Position numbers and translations under genes: made by a program. 64,000 bases of DNA, from assembly GCA_937625935.1 (NCBI GenBank), contig OW569385.1, forward strand, positions 124,001 through 188,000, read 5' to 3'. Below the pieces are notes generated by a model. It ran no database searches, had not been told where the DNA came from, and worked only from the letters and a program-made list of their open reading frames with translations. This DNA is from Tetramitus jugosus (lineage: Eukaryota; Protista; Heterolobosea). Shown piece by piece: positions 14,601 through 24,890 of the stretch (the stretch's first letter is position 1; every line of letters starts with the position of its first letter).

Positions 14601-17561
14601 TGGTTCATCATTCGAAGAGCTTGTTGATTGTGCGACTAATCGACTGAGAGAGCTGACTTGATGTTTGAGCGTGGATATTTGAGACAATCTTTCTCTTGAG
14701 GCAAGTCGACTGATCACGAACTCTCTCTTCTGACTTCGTGAGATATCGGAGAGGACACTTCGAAGCCTTGGCGCTTCATCCTTGAAGTACTTGAGGAGAT
14801 TGTTAGGCCTCTTCAGGTTGACATTCTCCAAAATGAAAGGATCAAATAATGGTCCAAAGTGAGACGGTTGTGCTTTCGAGGTTTTGTCCCGAATAAGAAT
14901 GTCTTTGAAGTATGAGAACAGATAGGGATTTTCAGGTTTGAAGTTTGGTCGTTTTTTGCGCAAGAGAGTAGACGAATAGTTGTCACTGCTGTTGGAGATT
15001 TCAGGCGGCTCTTGAGTTGTTTTCCAAGAGGAGATTAACTTTTGAATTATCTTACTTTTGGAGGTAACCTTCTTGACCTCGGTGTTCGGCTCAAGATCGC
15101 TGGGGTTTATCTCATATGATTGCTGATAGATCAAATCTAAACACTTAATCGTCATAGAGCCGGAACCGTTATCATCAACTCTCTGTAATTGGACTCTCTC
15201 GACTAGTTCGTTAAAGATTGTATTGCTACGGATGTTTTTGTTGTAATGTGCTTGTATTTCAAAACTCTTTAGGTTAGTATGTCGCCAATGCACATTCCAG
15301 TCCGCAGTTTTCCGGCAGGTTTCAATCATCTGTTCGAGATACAGTCGACAATCATCCAGGGATGATGAAGAATTGAGCTTTGGAGCCCCAATACGAGCAA
15401 TTTGTTTGTCCACATGTTTGTTTGATTTCTCAACAAACTTGCTGTATAAGGAATGTTCCTCTGTTTCTTGTGCAAGCTTTTTCACTGGTAATCGGTCTCT
15501 CTCCTTTGACCGAAAGAATTGCTCGAGGGTAATAGAAACAGATAAAATGTCATCCACATCTAGTAATGCCTTTTTCCTAGAGTTGTGAGCAGGTTCGTTC
15601 GGGATGCAAGTCTGAACGACACCTATTATGTGCGGAATTATTTGTTGAATGTCAGACAGAAGACTTAGGTTGATCGCTGTTGAATCGCTCAATTTCTTTG
15701 ATAAACTTCTCACACTGTGAGTAAATAACACGAGTGGATGTTGTTTCTCAGTTGATGCATATACGTTGTTCGAAAAGATAGAATTTAAGTGAAACATTAG
15801 CAATTCATCCATAATACTATCTTCTTCCATAACCATATGACTGTATTCATTTGCAATGAATCTCTGTAGCATAACTTGTAACTCTTCCTTCGTGCCATAC
15901 AGATTTTTCCACTTTTTGGCAGTCTTGCGTTTCTTTTCTCCCTTTTTGAGCGGAATAGACGTCTCGTCTCTCGCTTGTGCTTTTCTCTTCTTACGCAGAG
16001 TATCAATCTGAGACAGGATATCCATAAAATCAACAATGCGATGAGGTTGTTGGAGGTTGATCGGTTTTACAGTACGACTGCACTGAGCTTCAATGTAGCT
16101 TTGATCCTTTGAAACGGATTTTGACAATTGCTCAGAGTTCATTGTACTGTCATAGAAGGTGCCAGGGATATACCAATTCACTTCTCCGTGCAAAATCGAT
16201 ATCATTTTTGGAAATTTGTCCAAAAGTTGATGATCAACTCCTCCAGTAAACGGGATCACATTACCAAATGGCCTCCAAGATGTTCGTTCGTGCCATTCTC
16301 GAACATACTCTGATTCATTGTCATCTTCATCGTCTCCAAACTCCATGAGATAACCAGTAAACACATGCACAAGATCAACGAATCTCAATCGAACACATCT
16401 CATCAACTTATTGTCTGTTTGTTCTTCTCGATTGATTTTTGAATGAAATAGTCGCATCAAAGCATAAATAAAACTGTGAAACGCACTGATCACATAGGAT
16501 GGCATCACACCAGACAGAGGAGTAATCATTTGACACAATTCTCTCGTCATTTGTTCCACATCTCTGTGAAGCACACTGTTCCCACCAGAATTGAGGGGTG
16601 CTACACATTGTCTCAACCAATCATGTTGCCCATGTTGCTCTTCTGACGATCGATTTTCATAGTTGAACGATTCAAACAATTGTTCTCCAAATTTTTCGAT
16701 TCGTTTTCGATTTTTAGCCGTAGTTCGTTCAGCCGCTGTTTCGTCACTCGATCTCTCGTTATTTTTTCCCAAGTGCAAATCGATATCTGCAATCAACTCA
16801 CGCATCACTCTCTCTATTCTCATGGTACCATCATGAGCACAGCTACCCTCACCACACATGATCATTTGCTGATTCACATAGAGTTCCTTCAGATTACCAA
16901 TCAATTGAATCAAGTGCTGCAAATCTTGGACTTTGCTTTGCTTTGTCACTGCAGCACTAAAATTTCGTTTGCGTTTCCACTTTTCGAACATTGCTTTATC
17001 ATCATCATCATCGTCATCAATATCATCATCTCTATAGTCATCATCTTCATTGTTCAATTTGTTGTTTCGTTGTGCTAGCACTTCAGAAATCATGGTTTGA
17101 TTCTCAAACGAGTTCACTTCTTGATTCAACCGACTCAAAAATTGATCATAATCCAACTGTTTCAATGAATCATCATCATCATTGTCCTTGTGTGTTGTTG
17201 TTGTTGTTGTCTGATTTTTGTCGCTTGTCTGATTGCCATTGTTATCCTTGTTGTTGTTATTGGATGATATATATCGTAACCAAAACAAGTCATTCTCTAC
17301 TATCGTTTTTGTTTCTTCTTGTTGTAACATATTGTGATTCATTGCTGCATTTTCTGTGCTTTGTTGATCATTATTCTTAGTGTGAGTGTTCGTATAGTGA
17401 TGGAGCAACGGATGAATCATTTGAGTGAATTCAACAACACGTATCACATGCATCAATCTGGATGATGATGATGATGATGATGACTGTAAGAATGATGATG
17501 AGAATGGTGAGAGTAGTGGTAACGATGATGATGATGATGATGATAGTGGAGCATTGAACAA
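8601..17561 (-). CDS. Very large (~3000 aa) hypothetical, probably helical, protein; true start uncertain
   Basis: Uninterrupted 2986-codon ORF called from TTG; the same frame stays open about 100 codons further upstream (to ~17866); no domain recognised. Confidence 0.8.
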   Translation of the reverse strand: MFNAPLSSSSSSSLPLLSPFSSSFLQSSSSSSSSRLMHVIRVVEFTQMIHPLLHHYTNTHTKNNDQQSTENAAMNHNMLQQEETKTIVENDLFWLRYISSNNNNKDNNGNQTSDKNQTTTTTTHKDNDDDDSLKQLDYDQFLSRLNQEVNSFENQTMISEVLAQRNNKLNNEDDDYRDDDIDDDDDDDKAMFEKWKRKRNFSAAVTKQSKVQDLQHLIQLIGNLKELYVNQQMIMCGEGSCAHDGTMRIERVMRELIADIDLHLGKNNERSSDETAAERTTAKNRKRIEKFGEQLFESFNYENRSSEEQHGQHDWLRQCVAPLNSGGNSVLHRDVEQMTRELCQMITPLSGVMPSYVISAFHSFIYALMRLFHSKINREEQTDNKLMRCVRLRFVDLVHVFTGYLMEFGDDEDDNESEYVREWHERTSWRPFGNVIPFTGGVDHQLLDKFPKMISILHGEVNWYIPGTFYDSTMNSEQLSKSVSKDQSYIEAQCSRTVKPINLQQPHRIVDFMDILSQIDTLRKKRKAQARDETSIPLKKGEKKRKTAKKWKNLYGTKEELQVMLQRFIANEYSHMVMEEDSIMDELLMFHLNSIFSNNVYASTEKQHPLVLFTHSVRSLSKKLSDSTAINLSLLSDIQQIIPHIIGVVQTCIPNEPAHNSRKKALLDVDDILSVSITLEQFFRSKERDRLPVKKLAQETEEHSLYSKFVEKSNKHVDKQIARIGAPKLNSSSSLDDCRLYLEQMIETCRKTADWNVHWRHTNLKSFEIQAHYNKNIRSNTIFNELVERVQLQRVDDNGSGSMTIKCLDLIYQQSYEINPSDLEPNTEVKKVTSKSKIIQKLISSWKTTQEPPEISNSSDNYSSTLLRKKRPNFKPENPYLFSYFKDILIRDKTSKAQPSHFGPLFDPFILENVNLKRPNNLLKYFKDEAPRLRSVLSDISRSQKREFVISRLASRERLSQISTLKHQVSSLSRLVAQSTSSSNDEPNTSGVPNEDIYSSKIETTLADIKTILTSRDHSSFTLRHKTLLADTASFLPTEREQKLFYYLMKIQYSGTKVPSLSYNSSVRNMVESLIGDLEMEPVLRDVTLIRHLVTILLCTKEFFIHGVRLSVAIIDSWNELSKTAADELKTLVLTCFCLHALLQSKIFPFDSWPSLSDSLFQLSKSQVRTNVTFQADFARFVVYLMQNEQTSLGTSTLVLLIPVLMLDIFDSIRTSSLKIILSRLLNQPPTNLWRTFSQYADCFVDQKSQLIMLFLLSKQMTAGQSLECLIDDLISSVMFNRRAVTFEHPGANNNIGKLSYLSTMQLENISTSIPTFAIMPFEVVTLLKIVQLQIHLSETITINSRNFPFTQQDVFRSLLLTLDRLKAFLKKLCPEESHAWTLMSSYVASTDDVLDYWYDNVTDHLISSWFSAASVDQSVDDALYTSFVICSSMLGFCKSYPITRYIAILEQIDHYIAHGIAEYVCLASLSTIQEQRKLAELVNVNYDSAIQVINEVYLQAFPAAASPRNSIYSVVSTIIERCIPLLYAEDRERYTILTSQIDLALISFNPSHRELERNCNELLRLMSSNRSDPQLLKIILSVKRYAKKKTSMTKLVPLFLKSLTHIPQLDINKLLSGSYLREDILQSTQIIFDSEYLHQNEVSDMHDIRSQVICHLEDSPSAMFDRTLLTSITFTNIIDTLDTLRVQVASDGPPSLALEKLAILNTTLLPDVRPLVITDHRSSDFANRLFVELPSVWKILQSIALNLPRNSQKLQQAINSLDKFLSEYMLPAEVIPQLECQYQAINLLMRNISMKNNESYAMFNSIRLMHQIRKLKSIEPDIHIYFKLSRYYQALQHCVSILEGTNYSTDVESLLRQAIRLKKAMNRAQLCHQFPNELNQVKYLFQSFGDNTSDEFQYHPLINDIILSMRDKPDATPSPTNTQSVWNIIEYHPVIVHTVCKDEHSQSFHYLLYYKRLHGNSQSIEDDEDYYLLNFLYQQSLLGQTVKISWNAGSELSWFSDVVTSVHNMSTMKLLHRLLTNLSKNHDDCLHDLPQSNRITLLMFFEIANITSSHPEELSVFSIYHHLTEGLKSFLLQNSSFYKLLTQMSDLICSTNYISKAMPVWILLHKFIRMYKEDERTSITMDSKGLKDELSKHTDIASQLKDVNQLMKQHIRYEKEKIYHESFVDVIQNLFRIPKKKFYSFARNLLHKKVTQNSSVLSQLILSLKQLRIVVLSQQFLRIDQKDTPAFIKYAHTLQILSYFSRPVEELYRWIIDFIDSDETLQYSGIFSLSPINKACILAGLKKNMSITAQESVTADGASGDHQSQLTRFIQVLKSRGEWNTKILVQGSLLFACLELVDPALASALGRIVNKEEIIRKRNQLEASLKKLMLNEQIRNVFRITIENQNADWAQIDRMLWKSSLHSFVDVVTALPLLNSIKMMVQIRWASSINTCMVEFYRSEKKILHAIDAIHYTDDRLLPMKKRIASRLLNDEKLLIRVSKHMYNESPYSICLTQGADFIIAYQRDVDTWKTNFEALLYLYCQHDTEFTHSPNEALFLQTLDPNQEATNVIDMMMQDNKFRYEFVLPRNFIVESEHNRLNLASGTKPVNTSSLVEMIQKEDNTDICSRPHELSNMKGIALLITMLRNIIHRSQFENFELVSACKRLLYGNSQNHFVGYNIALNLLEECSLLLYPTRSFLMHILTVISLVLVQSFVNLPEQEHAAFEMVYRGYVQLFSNMVMKVVRKNFELTNDLNDNDKKQLSSIFDWIANVSSYGKQSPAISEDVYQLLFVLFDFWSEQSTARYSSSPLHDILYELQAFSCFLFRMDRNMEQKVQQLICFSLSDPEHCNLTRYKRILVLTLILCDCDSSVQAFLTANLEESLSAYLYYASLRLSQTPSGVERLGIHWYTMIQSSLQNEFNLINLQYILSTLRTLAKHHDNTDFRKAQIETLRLLFVRLNQAKKQLCEQGLNFSLYSSFQEIIALHELFQTRSRTRLKSKNP

Positions 17562-18905
17562 AAATTGTTGAAAATGATTGTATTCAAACGAATAGGGAAA
17601 TAGCTCTGGTGCAACATGTTGTTCAGATGATGATGATGAGTCTATAGTCGGAGGAAGAGTATTCGGTATCGTTGTTGTTGTTGTTGAAGTTTGATCATCA
17701 TTGGTTTGATTTTTTGTGATCGTGTTGTTATTGTTGATTGTGTCGTTGGTTGTTGGAGAAGGAGGTGAGGATGTGGGGGTGGATGCGTCATGTTGGTTCT
17801 CGAATTCAGAGTAAACATCGTCATCATTCTCGTCGTCATCGCTGCTGTCGTTGGGACTGTGGGATCATGATCAAGTTTCATTTTTTTTTTCCACTGAAAA
17901 CTGAGAGGACGGCCTAATTTATAAACCACGGGAAAAATCTGGGCAGTTTGAACATCTCTACCTAAACAACTACGAGAACTACCAAATAACAATGATACAA
18001 TACACTCATCATCTTTTCAAACAACGAATGATCACAAAGATAAATTCATACAGTCATTACGGAATGACCAATCAATAGGTTAAGTGAAACAAATGAAGTG
18101 ATTTATAAAGGAAATTATTACGCTGTGCTCGACCGTGAATTTCCCTACTTGTTGAATGATACTCGGATAATAAATCTATAAGTAATACAACCCTTTTCAT
18201 ATATGTTCTTTGACTTCCTCAATAAACATATTGCAAATATCCACAACCTTCCTCTCACACTCTGCCTGCGAGCTATTAAATCACCCATCAACGACTATGC
18301 TGTGCTGGAGCCAGTAGGAGCGGGCTCTGACACGACTTAAATATCAATTATTGATCCAATACAGTACAAATTCGGGAACTCAGTATTCAATGTCCTATAA
18401 AAATTAACAAACTATTATTATTTTCCACCACAATCTATTCTCTTTAGTAACTCTTCTGAATAACCATCAATAATCATACGGAAATAGGACATTCAATATC
18501 TATCCCGTCTAATAAAGCATTTATAATATGTCGGATTTGGTGTCATGATTAATCTGATTTGTTCTTTGAATTCCCATATGAAGAGGACGTAAAACTCTGA
18601 AGTTCAAAATTCACTTTACTAACATAAATAAGCATAACACTATTTTTATAACGGAATTCTCTTTTGAGAAATCGTTAATCACTCTTGCTTTGTGAGCATG
18701 TTATTGCGATAGTTTCCATCTTCATTTGACTCCATTTACTTCAAACCTGATCTGGAAGTAGAGAAGAGTACTCACCAAGTATTTATGGGCCCTACAATGA
18801 TTGGAAAACTGCAGTTGATCGAGTACAAGTGTTCCTTGCCAAAGCTGGTGTATCACTTGTTGAGTCTCAAAGCTTTTATCCTACCATGAAACAAGCTACG
18901 AAGGA

Positions 18906-18953
18906 CATTATTCGTGAAGAGATCGACATACATGGATCTCTTCACGAATAATG
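18906..18953. repeat. Perfect 19-bp inverted repeat with 10-nt spacer
   Basis: CATTATTCGTGAAGAGATC (18906-18924) and GATCTCTTCACGAATAATG (18935-18953). Confidence 0.9.
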
Positions 18954-20544
18954 ATTATTCTAACACCTTGACGAAGCAACTGGACATTACCATCGAGGGC
19001 TTCTTCTGCAACTAGCAAATCGGAGAGTCGTCGACTGATTCTTTTCTTTTAGACAAGATAAGAGGTGTGTTCATCAACGATTTCAAAATATACGCCATGT
19101 CAAATGCGCTCGCTTCGAATTCTGTTCCATAATAACGAACAAATGTTCTTTGTTGTAGAGACTCCTTACTGAGAATTGATCCGGAATTGCTGCACAACAA
19201 ACTATATTCAGTCAAGTGAGACACATTTTATCGACTCAGTGTTTTTCCCTGGATTTGCCCACAATGGAATTGGATCTTAGAAGGGTTTATACTTCAATGG
19301 GACAGAAATTTCGCCTTGTTACTTCACAGGAAGTAAATAACAGTTCAAAAGCCGACGATTCTCCTTTAAAGATAACACCAATGGGTGTTTAAGATTTGTT
19401 AATAATGTATACCGGTATTAGATCTGGTGATAGACTTCAAGAAGCATTCGATTATTACTGCTCCCAGAGGTGCCTCCAAACAAGTATGTTGTATATCCTG
19501 TGAACAATAACCGTCTGTACAAGAGTCCTTTGCTGTATAGGTTCAACAAGGTTGCTCGCCAATTCCATCTTCCCATCACTCCAGTTGGTTTTACTCAGGG
19601 CATGGTCGAAATGAACCATTTTGACCGTTGTGAATTTTTTTGTTATATAGTGCATGAATTGTCTTTAAGAAGTTGACCTTAAACCAAATAACTACACACC
19701 ATAAACTATGTGAACAAGGACAAGAGAAGCTGTCTGCACAGAGACAATAACAAACTTCGGGCGTTATTGCAAAGAAAGAGTAAAGTAGGTCGAACTCCCA
19801 ATAGTTTTCCACAATTAAAAAGTTTGTGACAAATTGGGACTGACGGCTTTTTGCCCGCCGTTTGATTGAATAAAATCTCAGTTATTCTCGAATTAAAATT
19901 CTCCAACTAAAATTCTCGAATATTGAGATGCCAAAAGAAGAATCCTACTTGTATCGAACTATTCGACCATTATAGCATTGTGGTCAGAAGAATGTTGCCC
20001 AAGAGGCATGGATTTTCATCATTCCAATGTATCAAGAAAAATTCCCAAGATCATCGACTGTTGGCTTATGTTTTATTTTTATGGAGATTGTTGAGACCAC
20101 CATTCTTAGATGAATTTCTCGAATTTCGAGAGGGTAATTTCGGGTGGGGATTGTATTGTACTCGAACTGTGGAGGACAAGAGTCGACTTAAAGTTATTGG
20201 TGTGTCGTTTAGATATGTATCCGATCTTGTGATCTGGTTCATCCATCTCTTATCGAACAGGATAGAGGCGGCGGAGTCACCAATGATACTTCTCGGTCCT
20301 TACTTTTTGAATCAATTATGCTTATCGAATGTATTTTCATCTAGTTGCAAGCTGAGTACAATAGTACCTAGCAAGAAAACAAGAGAACTCCTTCCAAGGA
20401 TTATCAATCAAATTCCAAAATAGATATGAATCAATGTTTTACTATTTGAAGCTGGATTCACAAGTTCCTTTGAAAAAGGGAGAGATCATGGTGAACTATT
20501 CACCTCTGGATCATCTTCTAGAGATTTTTTTCCACTCTCGGTTT

Positions 20545-21560
20545 CTATTGCCAATGTGAACGATACAAACAAAAGAAGAAGGAAAAGATGAAGAAGAGTA
20601 AATATTTGGATTGCATTGTTGATGACCTGTCATTGTAGTCACATTCCTTTTGTTTACTAGTTTCTCTACTATCTGTGATTATTGAAAACATTTGGACCCT
20701 CAATAAACTTTTGCCGAACCGTAGTTCAAGAAATTCTCCACTTCGGACTAGAGAATCAGCATAAGTGCAAGAGCACCGATGCAAGAACAATTTTTCTCCT
20801 TTTTCTTCATCTACAATAACCATCTACAAGAATATATTTGACATTGTAGATCGTTCAAATCATCAATTTCAACTCGGTTTGTTCCATTGTCGAGGACGCA
20901 ACAGTAGTCAGTACTAAGAATGAACTTGGGGATATCATTGAAGAAGAAGCTGATTGGATTCCTTTGTTGTTCAAGTTTTCGAAAATTTCTGAAAGACAAA
21001 ATTTTCTGGAATTGTCTTCCACCTTCAAAAGACAAATCATCTGAATCTAAAAGTCAATAAAAACAAATTCAACACCAACCCTAACTAGATCTTGTCGAGA
21101 GGTGCAAGAGCTCATAGCATCAGCCAATTTGAACAAAAATCATAAGGTAAGAACACCTTTTGTTGGCTTTTCCGTTGGAGCCCCTGAGTGTTTGATGTGA
21201 GTGATGTAGAAGAAAAATAAATGTGTACGATTCGTCATTGTACCATCAGAAAATTTATTTTTGGTTGTAATGACTGGATTTTGAACTAGTTTCTTAACTT
21301 CCTGTAAAAATGTGAATCCGTCTCTGTCAACTGAGTGCATTCCCGTATGTATCGCATAATGTATGATTGCCGCATTGATATGTTTACAAATCTGTCCAAA
21401 ATTACAAATGTAATCCAAACAATTACAAAAAAGTCCTCTGATATTAGGATAAAACATTTGATCACTTTCTGGTTTTTACACGGAAAACCACATCAGAACC
21501 GAGAAATGGACGAACATATCCGTGATTATAATAGGAAATTCCTTTTTCCAGATGTTTGTT
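20545..21560 (-). pseudogene. Fragmented SWIM zinc-finger-containing sequence (possible DNA-transposon relic)
   Basis: CNCLDYICNFGQICKH (CxC..CxH SWIM pattern) in ORF 21140..21457, preceded out of frame by KGISYYNHGYV; broken frames. Confidence 0.4.
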
Positions 21561-21591
21561 AAATTGCAATACAGTTTCTGATCGAGGTAGG

Positions 21592-21716
21592 TTGACCATT
21601 GCATATACTTTGGGGATACTTTTTGACTCATTGAACAAACTCATACAACTTGTCATTTACATCACTGACACAGGCAATGAAGTCCCCCTTATCTCATCTT
21701 ATGACTTGCACTCTTG
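21592..21716 (-). mobile_element. ORF1 fragment of the retrotransposon family (G2)
   Basis: Nucleotide similarity to 30492-30623 (ttgaccattgcat..tggggat.cttttgactcattgaa..atgacttgcactcttg); FNESKSIPKVYAMV vs FNESKRIPKAHAMV. Confidence 0.8.
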
Positions 21717-21717
21717 G

Positions 21718-23560
21718 ATTCTGACACGATGTTGCAGTCGTCAACGTACGCAATGTTCCAGATCCTTTGAGAGAGTGCCTGTTATCCAGAAACTCTTCGT
21801 TGCGCAAACATGAGGACTGTTTGATGTACCAATACATACGTGGGGGACAACGAGTCCCCTTGTCTCGTGCCCTTGTTGACTTTGAAGGGTCTCGAGAACT
21901 GTCCTGCTAATACTTGTGCCTCATTGTTCGACACCATATCAATGACGAAATTGGTGATGTTGTCTGGGTAGCCGAAGATAAGTTAATAAAAGGTATAGTT
22001 GTTTCTGCCTCCTATTCGCATCATCGACAACCTTATACTGTGTCCACCTTACTCTTCTGGCCTTCTTTGCTGTCGATGACGCAAAGAACAGACTCGAATT
22101 AATATGCTCTGACGTTCTCGCTTTCCAGATCCACTTGCGGAATTGGCGATCATTTGACCTACGCCTCTTAAGCCATACTTGTTCATGAGATGGTCCAACT
22201 TTGGGATCGACAATGTGCGATTCTCTATTGAATCAATCAACACTAACCTATGCTGAACAAGCCGTCTGGTCCGTCTATTTTCCCTCACTCTCTTTTCCTC
22301 TTTCCTAACTCGAAAGCATTGGGCGTGATTAACGATCGTGGAGGTAATAAGATCGCATTGCATATTAACATCATCAATGTCCGTGATACCCAGTGTTTTC
22401 AATTCATCTAACAGTCCTTGTCCACTTTGGGTCATCCTTCTCCTAGGGAAGCAATGAGCTGTCAGGATGGGTCCTCGGCACCTACTGACAGTACTCGCTA
22501 CTTTCAGCTTCACCTCAATCGGTAAGTGGTCACTCCTGGTGCCGTTCTGGGAGTAGATTCCAACTCTCTGGATGTCGACTATTGTTTTCCTGCTGCACCA
22601 GACTGTGTTGAGTCTTGATGAGCAGTTCCAAATAGTATGCTTCCATCCAGACGTCCAGATGATCTGTCCGTTCTATTAATTACAGTGTTACGGTCTCCCC
22701 CCATTAACACTTTTCCTTCAACGCTGATCTTGTTCAACACGGCGGAGAGTTTTTCGTAATGTTCCTCACTTCTCATATGTGGACAATAATGATTGACCAG
22801 CGTGTAACTGGTTGATCCTATGCTGATACTCAGGCTTGTATTCTGTCGCTGGAGTGGATGATTCCATAGCTGTCCACTGAAGTGACCTTGATGATTGTCG
22901 CTACATACTTACTTGGTGTGTCGCACAAAAGGACACAATTGATTCTCTCCAGCATTCTGTTGACCCTCTAACAAAAGCGTTCATCCATTTTGCTTGCTTC
23001 CTGGATCATAATCACATCAATACTCTCTGTCGCTATAACGTTGAACGTTAACGATATCATGGATCTTTCTAAGCACTTGTAAAGACTTCTTGTTTCTTTG
23101 CAACGAGAGTTCCTTAATTTGCTTCTCTAATGCCTCAATCTTACTGCTTAGACTTTTCACCATGTCGGTATCTTTGATCTTAAGCATTCTCTTTCTTGTT
23201 TTCTTGTTCGTATCTTCCGTTCTTTCTACATACTTGCTTACAGATCCATTTGGTACTTCAAGTGATTCCATCACTGCCCGAGCATACGACTTTGACTGCA
23301 TGGTACCGAATGCTGTACTACCATTGATGGCCCCTTATCGTTACCGATCATAGATTTGATATTGTTCTCTGTTTTGCCGGTGACATTGTGGACAACAACT
23401 TTCTTGTCGTTGTCTATTCCTTCTCTTCACATCTGCTCTCATATGGGAGTTATTCTCTTTGTTGAAGAGTTCAACAAAATCATACAAATTATCATCCTTT
23501 ACTTACCTCCGGAGAGGATGGAATTGTTTGCGTTTTTTTCGGCATTTTTTGTTTTTTTGT
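21718..23560 (-). mobile_element. Heavily deleted non-LTR retrotransposon upstream of tRNA-Gln (G1): ORF1, endonuclease and RT remnants
   Basis: ATG at 23545 (MPKKTQT); ORF1 pieces QSKSYARAV..YVER; endonuclease pieces IDVIMIQEA, INCVLLCDTP, GGDRN, SDHLP; RT pieces KGTRQGDSLSP (~21845-21880) and IWNIAYVDDCN (~21730-21765). Confidence 0.9.
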
Positions 23561-23595
23561 TGATTATTGCCCTTCATGACCACTTCGGACGAGTA

Positions 23596-23666
23596 TCTCC
23601 TATGGTCTAGTGGTATGATAGCGGACTTTGAATCCGTTGACGGTGGTTCGATTCCACCTAGGAGAA
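23596..23666 (+). tRNA. tRNA-Gln (anticodon TTG)
   Basis: TCTCCTA/TAGGAGA acceptor stem, GCGGA-CT-TTG-AA-TCCGT anticodon arm, GGTTCGATTCC B box, TTTTT terminator at 23667. Confidence 0.95.
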
Positions 23667-23686
23667 TTTTTGCAGTTGCTATGTGT

Positions 23687-24874
23687 TCATTGCTTCACCA
23701 TATTGATAATGTCGGCCTTACCAGGTAGACCGTTGACATTGTACCAGACAACTCCTAACATAATGTACCTCTTGGCTCTTGTTAAGAAGGCATCCCTCTG
23801 TCGAATCGTTGGTAAGTGAGCAGGGGTATTGATCAATTTCCTTTTCCTCTCATTCGTCTGAGACCCAGTTGAGAGCTTGTGCACCTTATCCCTCTTAACT
23901 GGTCTTGATTGTTCAGACATATTTCTGCCAATTAGTGGACAAGTTTTTTGTCGTTGTCAAGCCCTTTCTGGATAAATGCCTTGGCATTTTTCACACACTT
24001 TCTTGCATTGAAATGAGCCACAAACTCATATATTTCATCTTTCTTGATGTTGAGCCATGCAACCTTGTAGTAGGACCGTCGATGGACACAGAGCCATCTG
24101 TTTTTTTTTCTTGTCTTGGGCCTTGTTGCTCCTCAGATCACCCAGTGTGATCCTAGCACCCCTCTTCTTGTTGTCATTGAGTTGTGGACTCTGAATCTCC
24201 TTTTCGGAGTCATCATCCACATCAACAATGACTGGTTCGTCCTCAGTCAAAACATACCTTTTGCGTGCACTGGCTAGTGCCAATGCAGCAATTTCCTTCT
24301 TCGCTCTTGCGAACACTGGAGAAGTGGCATTCACTTGCTCCAGGATTTGATCTTTGTCAACCTCTTGTTGACAGCCTTGAGAGGATCATGTGGTCTCTCG
24401 ACGTATCGAGTGACCGTGGCCTTGACCTTTTGCTCTCCGCTGAGCACTGCTTGTGCATAGGTTTCATCACCCATGACCACGAAAGCAGTGTCACCCTTCT
24501 TGAGCACACTGGCAACCTTCTCAGGTCCCAGTAGCTTCTTGATGTCGTCCACTGACATGTTCTTCATGCCATGGACGACCACCTTTCTTGTGCAATCAAC
24601 ACTGCGCTTGGGTGCAGCAGTGCTGTTGCCAATCCTCCTCTCTTTGTTGAACAACTCAACAAAGTCATAGATGCGGTCACCCTTGACCGTCACCCATGTA
24701 ACAAAGCGTTGCTGGCCTTTCCTTTTGATGACCTGGACTCGGTTGAGCCAGTAATGACGACCTCTCTGTCACTTGGCCTCGTGCCTATCCGTGCAGTGGT
24801 CCACACTGCATAACGACTGTTGCCGTATTCCTTCACCAAATTTGTTGAATCACCAGACACGTGATTCCGTTTTT
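23687..24874 (-). mobile_element. 3'-truncated, degenerate element T4 (MSGDSTN-type ORF1 plus start of ORF2)
   Basis: ORF1 nearly identical to 31117..31977 but start mutated to GTG and carrying deletions; continues into MLGVVWYNVNGLPGK, homologous to the ORF2 start MLNVVWYNINGIKGK, and ends ~20 bp from the tRNA-Gln 3' end. Confidence 0.9.
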
Positions 24875-24890
24875 TTCTGCGTTTTTATCA

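Noticed and set aside
17461-17543. GAT/TTG/CAA trinucleotide runs here and in other genes
   Set aside because: Ordinary coding microsatellites giving poly-S/T/N/Q tracts
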